DNA of 64,000 nucleotides from Nemertoderma westbladi (taxonomy: Eukaryota > Animalia > Xenacoelomorpha): assembly GCA_032718475.1 (NCBI GenBank), contig JAUCBJ010001784.1, positions 40,486 through 104,485 on the forward strand, read 5' to 3'. The notes beneath the pieces are model-generated. The model did no database searches. It had not been told where the DNA came from and was given only the letters and a program-made list of their open reading frames with translations. Both the position numbers and the translations under genes were made by a program. This document shows, piece by piece, positions 47,901 to 61,179 of the stretch. The first letter of the stretch is position 1. Each line of letters begins with the position of its first letter.

Positions 47901-50900
47901 CAATACTCAATGGAGGTGGTATTAGTTCCAGTACTCAATAAAGGAGGTATTAGTTCCAGTACTCAATGGAGGAGGTATTAGATCCAGTACTCATGTAGGA
48001 GGTATTAGTAACAGTACTCAATGGAGGAGGCATTAGTTCCAGGACTCAATGGAGGAGGTATTAGTTCCAGTACTCAATGGAGGAGGTATTAGTTCTAGTA
48101 CACAATGGAGGAGGTATTAGTTCCAGTACTCAATAAAGGAGGTATTAGTTCCAGCACTCAATGGAGGAGGTATTAGATCCAGTACTCATGTAGGAGGTAT
48201 TAGTAACAGTACTCAATGGAGGAGGTATTAGTTCTAGTACACAATGGAGGAGGTATTAGTTCCAGTACTCAATAAAGGAGGTATTAGATCCAGTACTCAT
48301 GTAGGAGGTATTAGTAACAGTACTCAATGGAGGAGGTATTAGTTCCAGTACTCAATATAGGAGGCATTAGTTCCAGTACTACTGGAACAATGTATGTATT
48401 AGTCCCATTAATCAAGGGATAATGTTTCCAATACAACAGGCCTGGGAGAATGTCTTATTCCCTGTATCACAGTAAACTAACACTTTTAGCCCTTTTGCGA
48501 ACTTGTTCCACCGCTGGTTATCTTCTTATCCTTGATCTATGCGTCTAGCCATTGAGTTGTTAATCAACAACGCTAGATAGCGAGAAAAAGTTTATTATAT
48601 ATGCAAAAGGGAACGCCTAGTGGCAGTATATAGAACTGCACTGGAGCAATAACTGCAATGAGGTTCTCCAGGGAGAATCTCTTAATTTAATTACTAAGAG
48701 ATTGTCTTAACCCTACTACTACTTCAGGGACAATGCCTTAATCCCAGTATTCAAGTACTCCAGGGAGAATGTATTAGTTCCAGTACTCAATTAGTCAAGT
48801 ACTCGATGGAGGAGGTATTAGTTCCAGTACTCAATGGAGGTGGTATTAGTTCCCATACTCAATGGAGGTGGTATTAGTTCCAGTACTCAATAAAGGAGGT
48901 ATTAGTTCCAGTACTCATGTAGGAGGTATTAGTAACAGTACTCAATGGAGGAGGCATTAGTTCCAGGACCCAATGGAGGATGTATTAGTTCCAGTACACA
49001 ATGGAGGAGGTATTAGTTCAATCCAGTACTCAATGGAGGAGGTATTAGTTCCAGTACTCAATGGAGGAGGTATTAGTTCCAGTACTCAATGGAGGAGGTA
49101 TTAGTTCCAGTACTCAATGGAGGAGGTATTAGTTCCAGTACACAATGGAAGAGGTATTAGTTCAATCCAGTACTCAATGGAGGAGGTATTAGTTCCAGTA
49201 CTCAATGGAGGAGGTATTAGTTCCAGTACTCAATGGAGGAGGTATTAGTTTCAATACTCAATGGATGAGGTATTAGTTCAAGTACTCAATATAGGAGGTA
49301 TTAGTTCCAATACACAATGGAGGAGGTATTAGTTCCAGTACTCAATGGAGGAGGTATTAGTTCCAGTACTCAATGGAGGAGGTATTAGTTCCAGTACACA
49401 ATGGAGGAGGTATTAGTTCAATCCAGTACTCAATAGAGGAGGTATTAGTTCCAATACTCAATGGAGGAGGTGTCTTTTATATATTAATACATTTTATTAG
49501 ATTTGCTCCACATATGGTATCTAATTATCCTTGATCTATGCGTCTAGCCATTGAGTTGTTAATCAACAACGCTAGATAGCGAGAAAAAGTTTATTCTATA
49601 TGCAAAATGGAACGCCTAGTGGCAGTATATAGAACTGCACTGGAGCAATAACTGCAATGAGGTTCTCCGAGGAGAATATCTTCATTTAATTACCAATAGA
49701 TTGTCTTAACCCTACTACTACTCCAGGGACAATGCCTTAATCCCAGTATTCAAGTACTCCAGGGAGAATGTATTAGTTCCAGTACGCAACAGAAGAGGTT
49801 ATAGTTCAAGTACTCAATGTAGGAGGTATTAGTTATAGTACTCAATGTAGGAGGTATTAGTTATAGTACTCAATGTAGGAGGTATTTGTTCCAGTACTCA
49901 AAGTAGGAGGAATTAGTTCCAGTTCTAAATGGGGGATGATTTATTTACAGTTCTCAATGGGGGAGGAATTAGTTCCAGTACTGAATGATGCGGTCTTAGT
50001 CTTAGTACAATACTGAAAGGAGAATGTCTAACTTCTACTGCTTCAGGAACAATGTATTTCTTTCAGTACTCAAAGGAGCAGCATGGCTTGGATAAATGGA
50101 GTCTTCGTTCCAGTACTACTGGAACAATGTATGTAATAGTCCCATTAATCAAGGGATAATGTTTCCAATACAACAGGCCTGGGAGAATGTCTTATTCCCT
50201 GTATCACAGTAAACTAACACTTTTAGCCCTTTTGCGAACTTGTTCCACCGCTGGTTATCTTCTTATCCTTGATCTATGCGTCTAGCTATTGAGTTGTTAA
50301 TCAACAACGCTAGATAGCGAGAAAAAGTTTATTCTATATGCAAAAGGGAACGCCTAGTGGCAGTATATAGAACTGCACTGGAGCAATAACTGCAATGAGG
50401 TTCTCCAGGGAGATTTAATTACTAAGAGATTGTTTAAGCCCTACTACTCCAGGGGCAACAACGCCTTAATCCCAGTACTCAAGTACTCCAGGGAGAATGT
50501 CTTAGTTCCAGTACTCATTGTAAAATTAATTAGTCAAGTACTCAATGGAGGAGGTATTAGTTCCAGTACTCAATGGAGGTGGTATTAGTTCCAATACTCA
50601 ATGGAGGTGGTATTAGTTCCAGTACTCAATAAAGGAGGTATTAGTTCCAGTACTCAATGGAGGAGGTATTAGATCCAGTACTCATGTAGGAGGTATTAGT
50701 AACAGTACTCAATGGAGGAGGCATTAGTTCCAGGACTCAATGGAGGAGGTATTAGTTCCAGTACTCAATGGAGGAGGTATTAGTTCTAGTACACAATGGA
50801 GGAGGTATTAGTTCCAGTACTCAATAAAGGAGGTATTAGTTCCAGCACTCAATGGAGGAGGTATTAGATCCAGTACTCATGTAGGAGGTATTAGTAACAG

Positions 50901-53900
50901 TACTCAATGGAGGAGGTATTAGTTCTAGTACACAATGGAGGAGGTATTAGTTCCAGTACTCAATAAAGGAGGTATTAGATCCAGTACTCATGTAGGAGGT
51001 ATTAGTAACAGTACTCAATGGAGGAGGTATTAGTTCCAGTACTCAATATAGGAGGCATTAGTTCCAGTACTACTGGAACAATGTATGTATTAGTCCCATT
51101 AATCAAGGGATAATGTTTCCAATACAACAGGCCTGGGAGAATGTCTTATTCCCTGTATCACAGTAAACTAACACTTTTAGCCCTTTTGCGAACTTGTTCC
51201 ACCGCTGGTTATCTTCTTATCCTTGATCTATGCGTCTAGCCATTGAGTTGTTAATCAACAACGCTAGATAGCGAGAAAAAGTTTATTATATATGCAAAAG
51301 GGAACGCCTAGTGGCAGTATATAGAACTGCACTGGAGCAATAACTGCAATGAGGTTCTCCGAGGAGAATATCTTCATTTAATTACCAATAGATTGTCTTA
51401 ACCCTACTACTACTCCAGGGACAATGCCTTAATCCCAGTATTCAAGTACTCCAGGGAGAATGTATTAGTTCCAGTACGCAACAGAAGAGGTTATAGTTCA
51501 AGTACTCAATGTAGGAGGTATTAGTTATAGTACTCAATGTAGGAGGTATTAGTTATAGTACTCAATGTAGGAGGTATTTGTTCCAGTACTCAAAGTAGGA
51601 GGAATTAGTTCCAGTTCTAAATGGGGGATGATTTATTTACAGTTCTCAATGGGGGAGGAATTAGTTCCAGTACTGAATGATGCGGTCTTAGTCTTAGTAC
51701 AATACTGAAAGGAGAATGTCTAACTTCTACTGCTTCAGGAACAATGTATTTCTTTCAGTACTCAAAGGAGCAGCATGGCTTGGATAAATGGAGTCTTCGT
51801 TCCAGTACTACTGGAACAATGTATGTAATAGTCCCATTAATCAAGGGATAATGTTTCCAATACAACAGGCCTGGGAGAATGTCTTATTCCCTGTATCACA
51901 GTAAACTAACACTTTTAGCCCTTTTGCGAACTTGTTCCACCGCTGGTTATCTTCTTATCCTTGATCTATGCGTCTAGCTATTGAGTTGTTAATCAACAAC
52001 GCTAGATAGCGAGAAAAAGTTTATTCTATATGCAAAAGGGAACGCCTAGTGGCAGTATATAGAACTGCACTGGAGCAATAACTGCAATGAGGTTCTCCAG
52101 GGAGATTTAATTACTAAGAGATTGTTTTAGCCCTACTACTCCAGGGGCAACAACGCCTTAATCCCAGTACTCAAGTACTCCAGGGAGAATGTCTTAGTTC
52201 CAGTACTCATTGTAAAATTAATTAGTCAAGTACTCAATGGAGGAGGTATTAGTTCCAGTACTCAATGGAGGTGGTATTAGTTCCAATACTCAATGGAGGT
52301 GGTATTAGTTCCAGTACTCAATAAAGGAGGTATTAGTTCCAGTACTCAATGGAGGAGGTATTAGATCCAGTACTCATGTAGGAGGTATTAGTAACAGTAC
52401 TCAATGGAGGAGGCATTAGTTCCAGGACTCAATGGAGGAGGTATTAGTTCCAGTACTCAATGGAGGAGGTATTAGTTCTAGTACACAATGGAGGAGGTAT
52501 TAGTTCCAGTACTCAATAAAGGAGGTATTAGTTCCAGCACTCAATGGAGGAGGTATTAGATCCAGTACTCATGTAGGAGGTATTAGTAACAGTACTCAAT
52601 GGAGGAGGTATTAGTTCTAGTACACAATGGAGGAGGTATTAGTTCCAGTACTCAATAAAGGAGGTATTAGATCCAGTACTCATGTAGGAGGTATTAGTAA
52701 CAGTACTCAATGGAGGAGGTATTAGTTCCAGTACTCAATATAGGAGGCATTAGTTCCAGTACTACTGGAACAATGTATGTATTAGTCCCATTAATCAAGG
52801 GATAATGTTTCCAATACAACAGGCCTGGGAGAATGTCTTATTCCCTGTATCACAGTAAACTAACACTTTTAGCCCTTTTGCGAACTTGTTCCACCGCTGG
52901 TTATCTTCTTATCCTTGATCTATGCGTCTAGCCATTGAGTTGTTAATCAACAACGCTAGATAGCGAGAAAAAGTTTATTATATATGCAAAAGGGAACGCC
53001 TAGTGGCAGTATATAGAACTGCACTGGAGCAATAACTGCAATGAGGTTCTCCAGGGAGAATCTCTTAATTTAATTACTAAGAGATTGTCTTAACCCTACT
53101 ACTACTTCAGGGACAATGCCTTAATCCCAGTATTCAAGTACTCCAGGGAGAATGTATTAGTTCCAGTACTCAATTAGTCAAGTACTCGATGGAGGAGGTA
53201 TTAGTTCCAGTACTCAATGGAGGTGGTATTAGTTCCCATACTCAATGGAGGTGGTATTAGTTCCAGTACTCAATAAAGGAGGTATTAGTTCCAGTACTCA
53301 TGTAGGAGGTATTAGTAACAGTACTCAATGGAGGAGGCATTAGTTCCAGGACCCAATGGAGGATGTATTAGTTCCAGTACACAATGGAGGAGGTATTAGT
53401 TCAATCCAGTACTCAATGGAGGAGGTATTAGTTCCAGTACTCAATGGAGGAGGTATTAGTTCCAGTACTCAATGGAGGAGGTATTAGTTCCAGTACTCAA
53501 TGGAGGAGGTATTAGTTCCAGTACACAATGGAAGAGGTATTAGTTCAATCCAGTACTCAATGGAGGAGGTATTAGTTCCAGTACTCAATGGAGGAGGTAT
53601 TAGTTCCAGTACTCAATGGAGGAGGTATTAGTTTCAATACTCAATGGATGAGGTATTAGTTCAAGTACTCAATATAGGAGGTATTAGTTCCAATACACAA
53701 TGGAGGAGGTATTAGTTCCAGTACTCAATGGAGGAGGTATTAGTTCCAGTACTCAATGGAGGAGGTATTAGTTCCAGTACACAATGGAGGAGGTATTAGT
53801 TCAATCCAGTACTCAATAGAGGAGGTATTAGTTCCAATACTCAATGGAGGAGGTGTCTTTTATATATTAATACATTTTATTAGATTTGCTCCACATATGG

Positions 53901-55239
53901 TATCTAATTATCCTTGATCTATGCGTCTAGCCATTGAGTTGTTAATCAACAACGCTAGATAGCGAGAAAAAGTTTATTCTATATGCAAAATGGAACGCCT
54001 AGTGGCAGTATATAGAACTGCACTGGAGCAATAACTGCAATGAGGTTCTCCGAGGAGAATATCTTCATTTAATTACCAATAGATTGTCTTAACCCTACTA
54101 CTACTCCAGGGACAATGCCTTAATCCCAGTATTCAAGTACTCCAGGGAGAATGTATTAGTTCCAGTACGCAACAGAAGAGGTTATAGTTCAAGTACTCAA
54201 TGTAGGAGGTATTACTTATAGTACTCAATGTAGGAGGTATTTGTTCCAGTACTCAAAGTATGAGGAATTAGTTCCAGTTCTCAATGGAAGATGAATTAGT
54301 TACATTTCTCAATGGGGGAGGAATTAGTTCCAGTACCGAATGATGCGGTCTTAGTACAATACTGAAAGGAGAATATCTAACTTCTACTGCTTCAGGAACA
54401 ATGTATTTCTTTCAGTACTCAAAGGAGCAGCATGGCTTGGATAAATGGAATCTTAGTTCCAGTACTACTGGAAATATGTATTAGTCCCATTAATCAAGGG
54501 ATAATGTTTCCAATACTACAGGCGTGGGATAATGTATTATTCCCTGTATCACAGTAAACTAGGTATTAGTTCCAGTACTCAATGGATGAGGTATTAGTTA
54601 AGTACTCAATGTAGGAGGTATTAGTTCCAGTACTCAATGGAGGAGGTATTAGTTTCAGTACTCAATGGATGAGGTATTAGTTCAAGTACTCAATATAGGA
54701 GGTATTAGTTCCAGTACACAATGGAGGAGGTATTAGTTCAAGTACTCAAAGAAGGAGGTATTAGATCCAGTACTCAATGGAGGAGGTATTAGTTCTAGTA
54801 CTCAAACAATGTTTACTCGAACATGTTACAAGCAAAGTAATCCAATACTTAACCGTGCCAGCCTGTTACGTTAGGCAGCTAGTGCTATTATTGACCTTTC
54901 AAATATATTGGAAGTGTAAAGAAGGTTACTTACTAATATCACTGCTATATTATGGATAGCCAGTAATCGTCAAGCAACATGACCTTTCAATAAACAAATT
55001 GCTGTGTTTATGGATAGTCAGTATTCTTCCAAGTATCTTCATGCATGACCTTTAAATTATTGGTAGTGTATTAAATAATCTTATTTCGGTTCTAAAGATA
55101 GTTCATTATCTTAAATAATGTACACTTAATTTATTTTATAAGTAGAGAGTTTATAAGAATATAAATTAGCTCAAATTCGTTTAGAAATCATTACGAAGAG
55201 TTTATGAATATTTTTCTTCACCAAATTGCTCTTTTTATG

Positions 55240-55397
55240 TCGGTTGTCTGCTGTGGGTTGCGGGCTGTCGGTTGTGTACTGTGGTTGTTGGCTGTCTATT
55301 GTCGATTATCTACTGTCGGCTGTCGGTTGTCTACTGATGGTTGACTACTGTCGGTTGTTGGCTGCCTACTGTCGGTTATCGGCGTAACGTTTACCCT
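55240..55397. repeat. Degenerate short tandem repeat (TGTCGGTTGTCTACTG-like), possibly a DNA transposon end
   Basis: Repeated TGTCGGTTG/GGTTGT motifs ending at CGTAACGTTTACCC. Confidence 0.6.
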
Positions 55398-56236
55398 CGC
55401 CATTTATTCTGTTTAATAATTACACAACGTTCTGAAACATTTTGTTTATTTATGTGTCATAAACACCTTAAACATTTCGCACCAAATCGACACTGTGCGA
55501 CAGCCTCATAAACTCAATTTTAGTGTTGACCAACTTCTTGTACTCGTAAAATACCAATCTTAGGCTCATACGAATAGCAATGGGTGCTGGCACCCTGTTT
55601 CAGTTTTCTGGTTTTGTTAGTTTAATTGACAGCTGTTGTAAACGTCCCAAATATACAAAACCTACTAAGCCTTTACATTATAATTGAGCTAGGCCTGAGT
55701 TGATGACAGTATTATAACGATGACAATAGGCCCTATAGATACGATATATTAATGATGTATTGTTTGGTATTACACTAACTGACTGAAAAGAGATAGAACT
55801 ACTGTATAATAATATAATAATAATGTAGTACGTAACTCAAATAAACAATAAGTAGTGAAATGTTGTTCAGCTGACAAAATGTATCTGTGGGTATTTAATT
55901 TCGCGTTCCATAATGTTGATAATATGCTACTATTTCGAATATCGCACATCGAATCGTTCCCAACTTTTTTTTTCAACAACTAATTGATAAATAATTGCGT
56001 TAAAAATTTGCGTACCTGTTTGAAATTTTGAGATATTGGATGGTTATACACACACATATACATACATAACAACATCGTGTTTATGACGCCTAGTGGCAGT
56101 ATATAGAACTGCACTGGAGCAATAATTATTGCAAAAAATTGCCATAACGACGAATTGCCATATGACTCGACTGCCAGTATTACCGCACTAAATTGTTAGA
56201 TAAAGACCAAATGATTTCGGGTTTCAGTATATAACT

Positions 56237-56331
56237 GATAATGGTTATGTTAGATATATTGATAATGGTTGTGTTACATATATTGATAATGGTTGTGTTA
56301 CATATATTGATAATGGTTGTGTTACATATAT
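56237..56331. repeat. 24-bp tandem repeat, about 4 copies (TTGATAATGGTTGTGTTACATATA)
   Basis: Direct reading. Confidence 0.88.
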
Positions 56332-56506
56332 CACAGTAATTAAGTATAAAACATTGGAATGGCATGTCTTAAGATAGAATAACCAGTATATAAAGAGATG
56401 TATTCGATTAGTGCTGCAACATTAAATATTTAATATCTATAATTAAAATACCCCAAAACGACACCACAACATCAAACAACCACAGAAGACTTAATTTCAT
56501 TCAACT

Positions 56507-57898
56507 TCATTTAACATGTTTTTTTTTCTTAGAAAAATTAAAAAACCACAAAGCTACCACAGCCCTGCTGTAGCAAAACAGCAGAACAAGAATAGGAAAG
56601 TGTGGGAATCCAGTGAAAAACAATGTATAATTAATACCCAAAGTTGTGTTCCACCCCAATAGAAATACAAGACTTGTATCGTAACCAATAAATCCTAGAA
56701 ATATTAGCATTATAGAACGCGTATGGAACGAGTTCCACCCAGAACATCTACTGAAAATAAATCGTTCTATAGATAAAATAAAAAAGTTACCTAAAGTCCA
56801 TATAAAAATATCCCAAGTGCCTCCGTGCCAAATATAAACGAAAGCAAAAGGGAAGATAAATTTCAACAAAATATTATCGAAGGGTTTACTTGTATATAAT
56901 TTGAGCCAAATATATAAACCGGTGTCAAAGTATCTCCATGGTTCGGCGAATGAGACACTGCGCCATATACAAAAGGTAGTCGGTACGATTTCGATCCCTT
57001 GAAATACAGTAAATAATGGAGTTATGGAATATATAATGTAGTACTGCGAGTTAAATAGTTGTAGGGAATAGAAAGCTAATGCAGATACCGTGGATAGAGG
57101 TAGAACCTGTAACAACTGAGAACGTTTGGCTAAACTTTGTACATAAAGAAATTTGTGGCACAATTCTACAAGAAAATACACAAGTAAAATCTTAAGAATC
57201 TTCAAAACGTAATCATAAATATTTACGTTAACTTTAACTTTTTTTACAAAGTGTTTATAGGTTACTATGGGACCCGAATACAAATATGGAGCGTAAAACA
57301 CGTAATATATAAACTTAGTAAATGTGAACATATCGGTGTTACAATAAAGATAGTCAGTTTGTACACAATCTAGACAATAACTTATACCCCTAGTGTACAG
57401 CAAAACAAATATAATCATTTCTAGATAACTGCTTGTGGACCCATAATCATCGCTTATAGGCACCACCCATTTCGGAAAATATTGTCTGAAAACTATGGTA
57501 AGTAATAGCAACAAACCTAACAGAAAATGGGGTATATTGGTTCGTGTTCTGAGTTTACTTAGCCCATAGTAAATGAGACAATGAATCGAAAAATACATTA
57601 TAAGAGTCACAGATACAGTAACAAGATATAGTACAGTTATACCGTAAATAATAGATACCCATTCCTTTGTAGATGATTTTTCAGCGCAGACTCGATCGGA
57701 TATATAGTTTGTGAACACCTGACCGCCAGATATTAACGCCAGGTAGACAATATAACTCTTCCAGAACAGCCATGTATAGTCTGGAATACTTTCAGCGACT
57801 CGCTGGGAACTGTTGAATAAACTGGTTGTCATAACAACCACACTTCCAAGTAGATACGTTAGACACACGTAAACGAGCCATTTGGGAGGTTTAATCAT
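56507..57898 (-). CDS. MBOAT membrane-bound O-acyltransferase, Hedgehog acyltransferase (HHAT/Rasp/GUP1)-like
   Basis: Multi-TM 463 aa; YVFYAPYLYSGPIVTY, SFAEPWRYFDTGLYIWLKLY, FVYIWHG with the catalytic His; C-terminal lysine-rich tail; ATG at 57898. Confidence 0.85.
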   Translation of the reverse strand: MIKPPKWLVYVCLTYLLGSVVVMTTSLFNSSQRVAESIPDYTWLFWKSYIVYLALISGGQVFTNYISDRVCAEKSSTKEWVSIIYGITVLYLVTVSVTLIMYFSIHCLIYYGLSKLRTRTNIPHFLLGLLLLLTIVFRQYFPKWVVPISDDYGSTSSYLEMIIFVLLYTRGISYCLDCVQTDYLYCNTDMFTFTKFIYYVFYAPYLYSGPIVTYKHFVKKVKVNVNIYDYVLKILKILLVYFLVELCHKFLYVQSLAKRSQLLQVLPLSTVSALAFYSLQLFNSQYYIIYSITPLFTVFQGIEIVPTTFCIWRSVSFAEPWRYFDTGLYIWLKLYTSKPFDNILLKFIFPFAFVYIWHGGTWDIFIWTLGNFFILSIERFIFSRCSGWNSFHTRSIMLIFLGFIGYDTSLVFLLGWNTTLGINYTLFFTGFPHFPILVLLFCYSRAVVALWFFNFSKKKKHVK

Positions 57899-57993
57899 CA
57901 CTGTTGCTATGTTATGTTATTTACAAAAATAACCAACACTCATATATAGAAACTGAGTATAAAATAAGCTACGGGATCATTAACAACTAATAT

Positions 57994-58268
57994 AAACAAG
58001 CGGAAATCGCGCAAAGGTCCGCGTCTACTATCGCATCTGTCTCTGTCTCTTTGAATGGCTTACTACCAATCCTACAAAAAAAAACATTAACCGGAATGGG
58101 GGGATTGAACTCGGTACCTAGAGATTACAAGTCCCACGCTCTGCCAACTGAGCCACTGGGGCCATTTCAAGACTTAATACTAAAACCTAACGAGAAATTA
58201 ACAACACCAACAGCAGCAACAACAACAACGGAGTGAATACTAGAGGTCTCGCTACGCGGACCTAAAAA
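57994..58268 (+). mobile_element. Short non-autonomous Helentron/HINE-like element enclosing a tRNA-derived sequence
   Basis: Subterminal inverted repeat AGGTCCGCGT / ACGCGGACCT, 3' hairpin, internal (AAC)n tract, A-rich flanks. Confidence 0.5.
58090..58162 (-). pseudogene. tRNA-Thr(TGT)-derived pseudogene / SINE head
   Basis: D arm GCTC-AGTTGGCA-GAGC, anticodon loop CT-TGT-AA, B-box-like GAGTTCAATCC; acceptor and T stems do not pair. Confidence 0.7.
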
Positions 58269-58482
58269 TATATACACAATGATACATCTGTCAATAAATA
58301 ACCTTTATACTTAATGAATGCATATCCATATGTTTATAAACAGAGTATAGCCAACAGATACTGTAATACTCTAACATTATGCTGCCTTAGGATTCACTTG
58401 CTAAAAACAAATCGATAAGCAGCAGTAACTACAATGTAGTTCATGTACAGCATTATCATAAAAACACATAATGGGAACACGT

Positions 58483-58776
58483 TCGTGGGGCCTTCGCGCA
58501 CACTTAAGACCATAAGCCTTTGCGTAGAGGTACAATTAACGGACCTAGTCATTCGCCCTCTAGCGGCCGACAGATGAACTATATAAGTCTATCGTATTTG
58601 TAGAATTTATAAACTGTTTATAGACTACATGTGTACCAAGTTTAGTTCCATTGCATCCTTGATTGACCGAATTATTAACGTTCAGATAATTTCTACGACG
58701 ACGACGACGGACGGGTCCTCTAATTATACCCCTACGCTAATGCTCACCTGAACTTATGTGGCTCGCCCCACAATAA
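58483..58776 (+). mobile_element. Second HINE-like MITE remnant
   Basis: GTGGGGC / GCCCCAC inverted pair, (GAC)n-GGAC microsatellite, AATAA end. Confidence 0.35.
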
Positions 58777-58789
58777 ATCCTCATTACTG

Positions 58790-61120
58790 ATAATGAATAA
58801 TGGGTGATAACTGATAACTTCTACTGGAAAACTAATCACTTTTCAGTCTAACTAGGAAGGCGGCACGTTTCCTATCTTACTGTTTTACACTTTAACATGG
58901 TAGCAGAGCGTGTTGACGCTAAATAAACAGACAATAGGTAGGTAGTAGTGCCTACAACGTAACTAATATAATAATAATGGCTGAAAGTAGTACAAATGTT
59001 TCCGGTGGGCGGTCGTATAAAAATCCCCTTTGTTAGGTGATGGTTCGGATTATGTTAAGTGGCAACGGGAGTTAAAGATTTGGCAACTTGTTACTGATAT
59101 AGAAAAGAGACGACAAGCCCCAGCTATATTGTTGTGTTTACCAAGGAAAGCTAAGGATAAAGCTTTAGAGGTACCCATTGAACAACTAAATGCAGATGAC
59201 GGAGTTAAAACGTTACTTAGAAAACTCGATGAAGTTTATCTGAAGGATAAAATCGACTGTGCTTACGAAGCCTATTCGTTGTTTAAATATTTAAAGAAGA
59301 AAGATGTAGAGACTATTTTCGACTTTATCAATGAGTTTGAGAAACGGTATAACAAAGCCAAAGAATATGACATGACTATCGGGGATGGAGTTTTAGTTTT
59401 TGAGCTTTTAGATAAGGCGAATTTGTCAGATTCAGAGAGAAAAATGGCTCTAACAGCAGTAATAAAGGATTTAAAATACTACCAAGAAAGGAAGACAGCA
59501 TTAAAACGTATCTTTGGGGAATCAAAGGTGATGTTTACAGGTGCTGATAGTGGGCGTACAACTGCGGTGCGTGTCAAGCAAGAGACTGAGGATACATTCC
59601 TTTGTGAGGATAATCATTATTTATATGAGGAAGGTTATTTGGAGGACTGTGATGATGAACAATCTGTTTATTTTACATCATGTGGGGTCGGTATATTAGA
59701 GGTAGGCCTAATTTTAGAAGTAGATCAGCTGGACGACCATCATATAATTCATATAATCGAGGACGTTTTGATTCTCGAGGTAGTAGTACCGGTACCAGTA
59801 TCAGACGTGGTGGTGGTGGGTCGATCACATATGGTAGAGTATCTAATAATCCTGGGTATGCCGATGGTCAACAAATGTTGTGTCGAAGTTGTAAATCTCC
59901 ACACCATTTTCAAAAAGACTGATAACTATCACCTAATCAACCTAATATATAATATAACCTAATAACTATCAAGATGGGGGTACCGGTATCGATAATGATG
60001 TATATATAACACTGTTTATTAAACCGGAAGAAGAACAATCGACATTTTATTCTAGAAACATTTAATCATGGTATATTGGATACTGGTTGTACTTCAACAG
60101 TATGTGGAGAAGAATGGTTGTCCGTTTATCTGGAATCTCTAGGTGAGTTTGCTAGCAATAATGTTATAGAGCAATATAGCAACACTAAATTTAGGTTTGG
60201 TGATGGTGAAAAGGTTGCTTCTAAGAAAAAGGTAACAATACCTGTGTTTATAGGTGAAAAATATTGCATGGTGGCAACAGATGTGGTAAACAAACATATA
60301 CCGTTACTTTTGAGTAAACAATCACTAAAAAGAGCCAAGTGTGTTATCAATTTAGATAATGATACTGCTAACATACTTGATCAAGACATATTATTAAGAA
60401 AATCTACATCTGGTCATTATTGCATATTACTGACACCAAAGGAAAATTTTCCTTGTATTGAAAATGTCATTTTGTTCACTGAAAATTGTGTTAATGATGT
60501 TAAAAAGATGGCACTAAAATTACATAAGCAATTTGCACACCCTTCAGCTGACAGGCTATTAGGATTAATTAAGGATGCGGGGTTATCCAGCAAAGAGATT
60601 ACTTGTGAGGTGAATAAAGTTACAGAGACATGTTCAGTGTGTAAGAAGTATAAGAAGCCAAAACCTAGGCCTGTTGTTGGATTTTCATTGGCCAAAGAGT
60701 TCAATGAAACTGTGGCGGGAGATCTGATTCAATGGGGCAATAAAACGTGGATTCTACATGTGATTGATCATATGACAAGGTTGACATGGTGGAAGGCATT
60801 CATGATTCCCAGAGTCATACCATCAGAGAGTCTGCAAAATTAACACTACCAAAGATTAATGATAAAATATCATTTCGTCTTAAAGGTGAAGATACTGGTG
60901 TCATGAAATTGTGCTTAGCAGAGCTGGAAAAGCAACAGGAAAGTACAGAAATTGCTTAAATGTACAATTTACTGGTCCTAAAGAAAGGCAGGATGATTGT
61001 GATAATTTTAACTTTGGTACTGACATTGACGAATGGACAGATAATAATACACCAGTTAGCGATGGTACTGAAGATGTTTATATAATAAATGGCAATGTTG
61101 TTAGTGATAAATATGCCTAA
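58790..61120 (+). mobile_element. Ty1/Copia LTR retrotransposon, GalEa-like, 3'-truncated and frameshifted
   Basis: LTR end ...TAACA (58897) followed by PBS; gag from ATG 58977 (DYVKWQRELKIWQLVTD); protease LDTGCTSTVCG followed directly by integrase HHCC (LHKQFAH...CSVC) and core start; RT absent; left boundary approximate. Confidence 0.85.
58898..58912 (+). promoter_or_regulatory. Primer-binding site complementary to initiator tRNA-Met
   Basis: TGGTAGCAGAGCGTG immediately after CA. Confidence 0.88.
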
Positions 61121-61179
61121 GCCAAGGTATACCAAGTACAGATGTGGGACCGGCATAATGTATATAAGGCTGTAGATGA

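Larger units (their letters stand above)
37189..54805. repeat. 28-bp satellite (GTTCCAGTACTCAATGGAGGAGGTATTA) in higher-order repeats, interrupted by element B
   Basis: Monomer period 28. Variant TACTCATTGTAAAATT recurs at 47821, 50512, 52204 (2691 and 1692 bp apart); the block at 48781 recurs at 53164 (4383 bp). Confidence 0.97.

Noticed and set aside
37189-54805. CRISPR-like appearance of the 28-bp repeat
   Set aside because: Monomers are head-to-tail without unique spacers, there are no cas genes and the context is eukaryotic.
58090-58162. Functional tRNA-Thr gene
   Set aside because: Acceptor and T stems do not pair; treated as pseudogene/SINE head.
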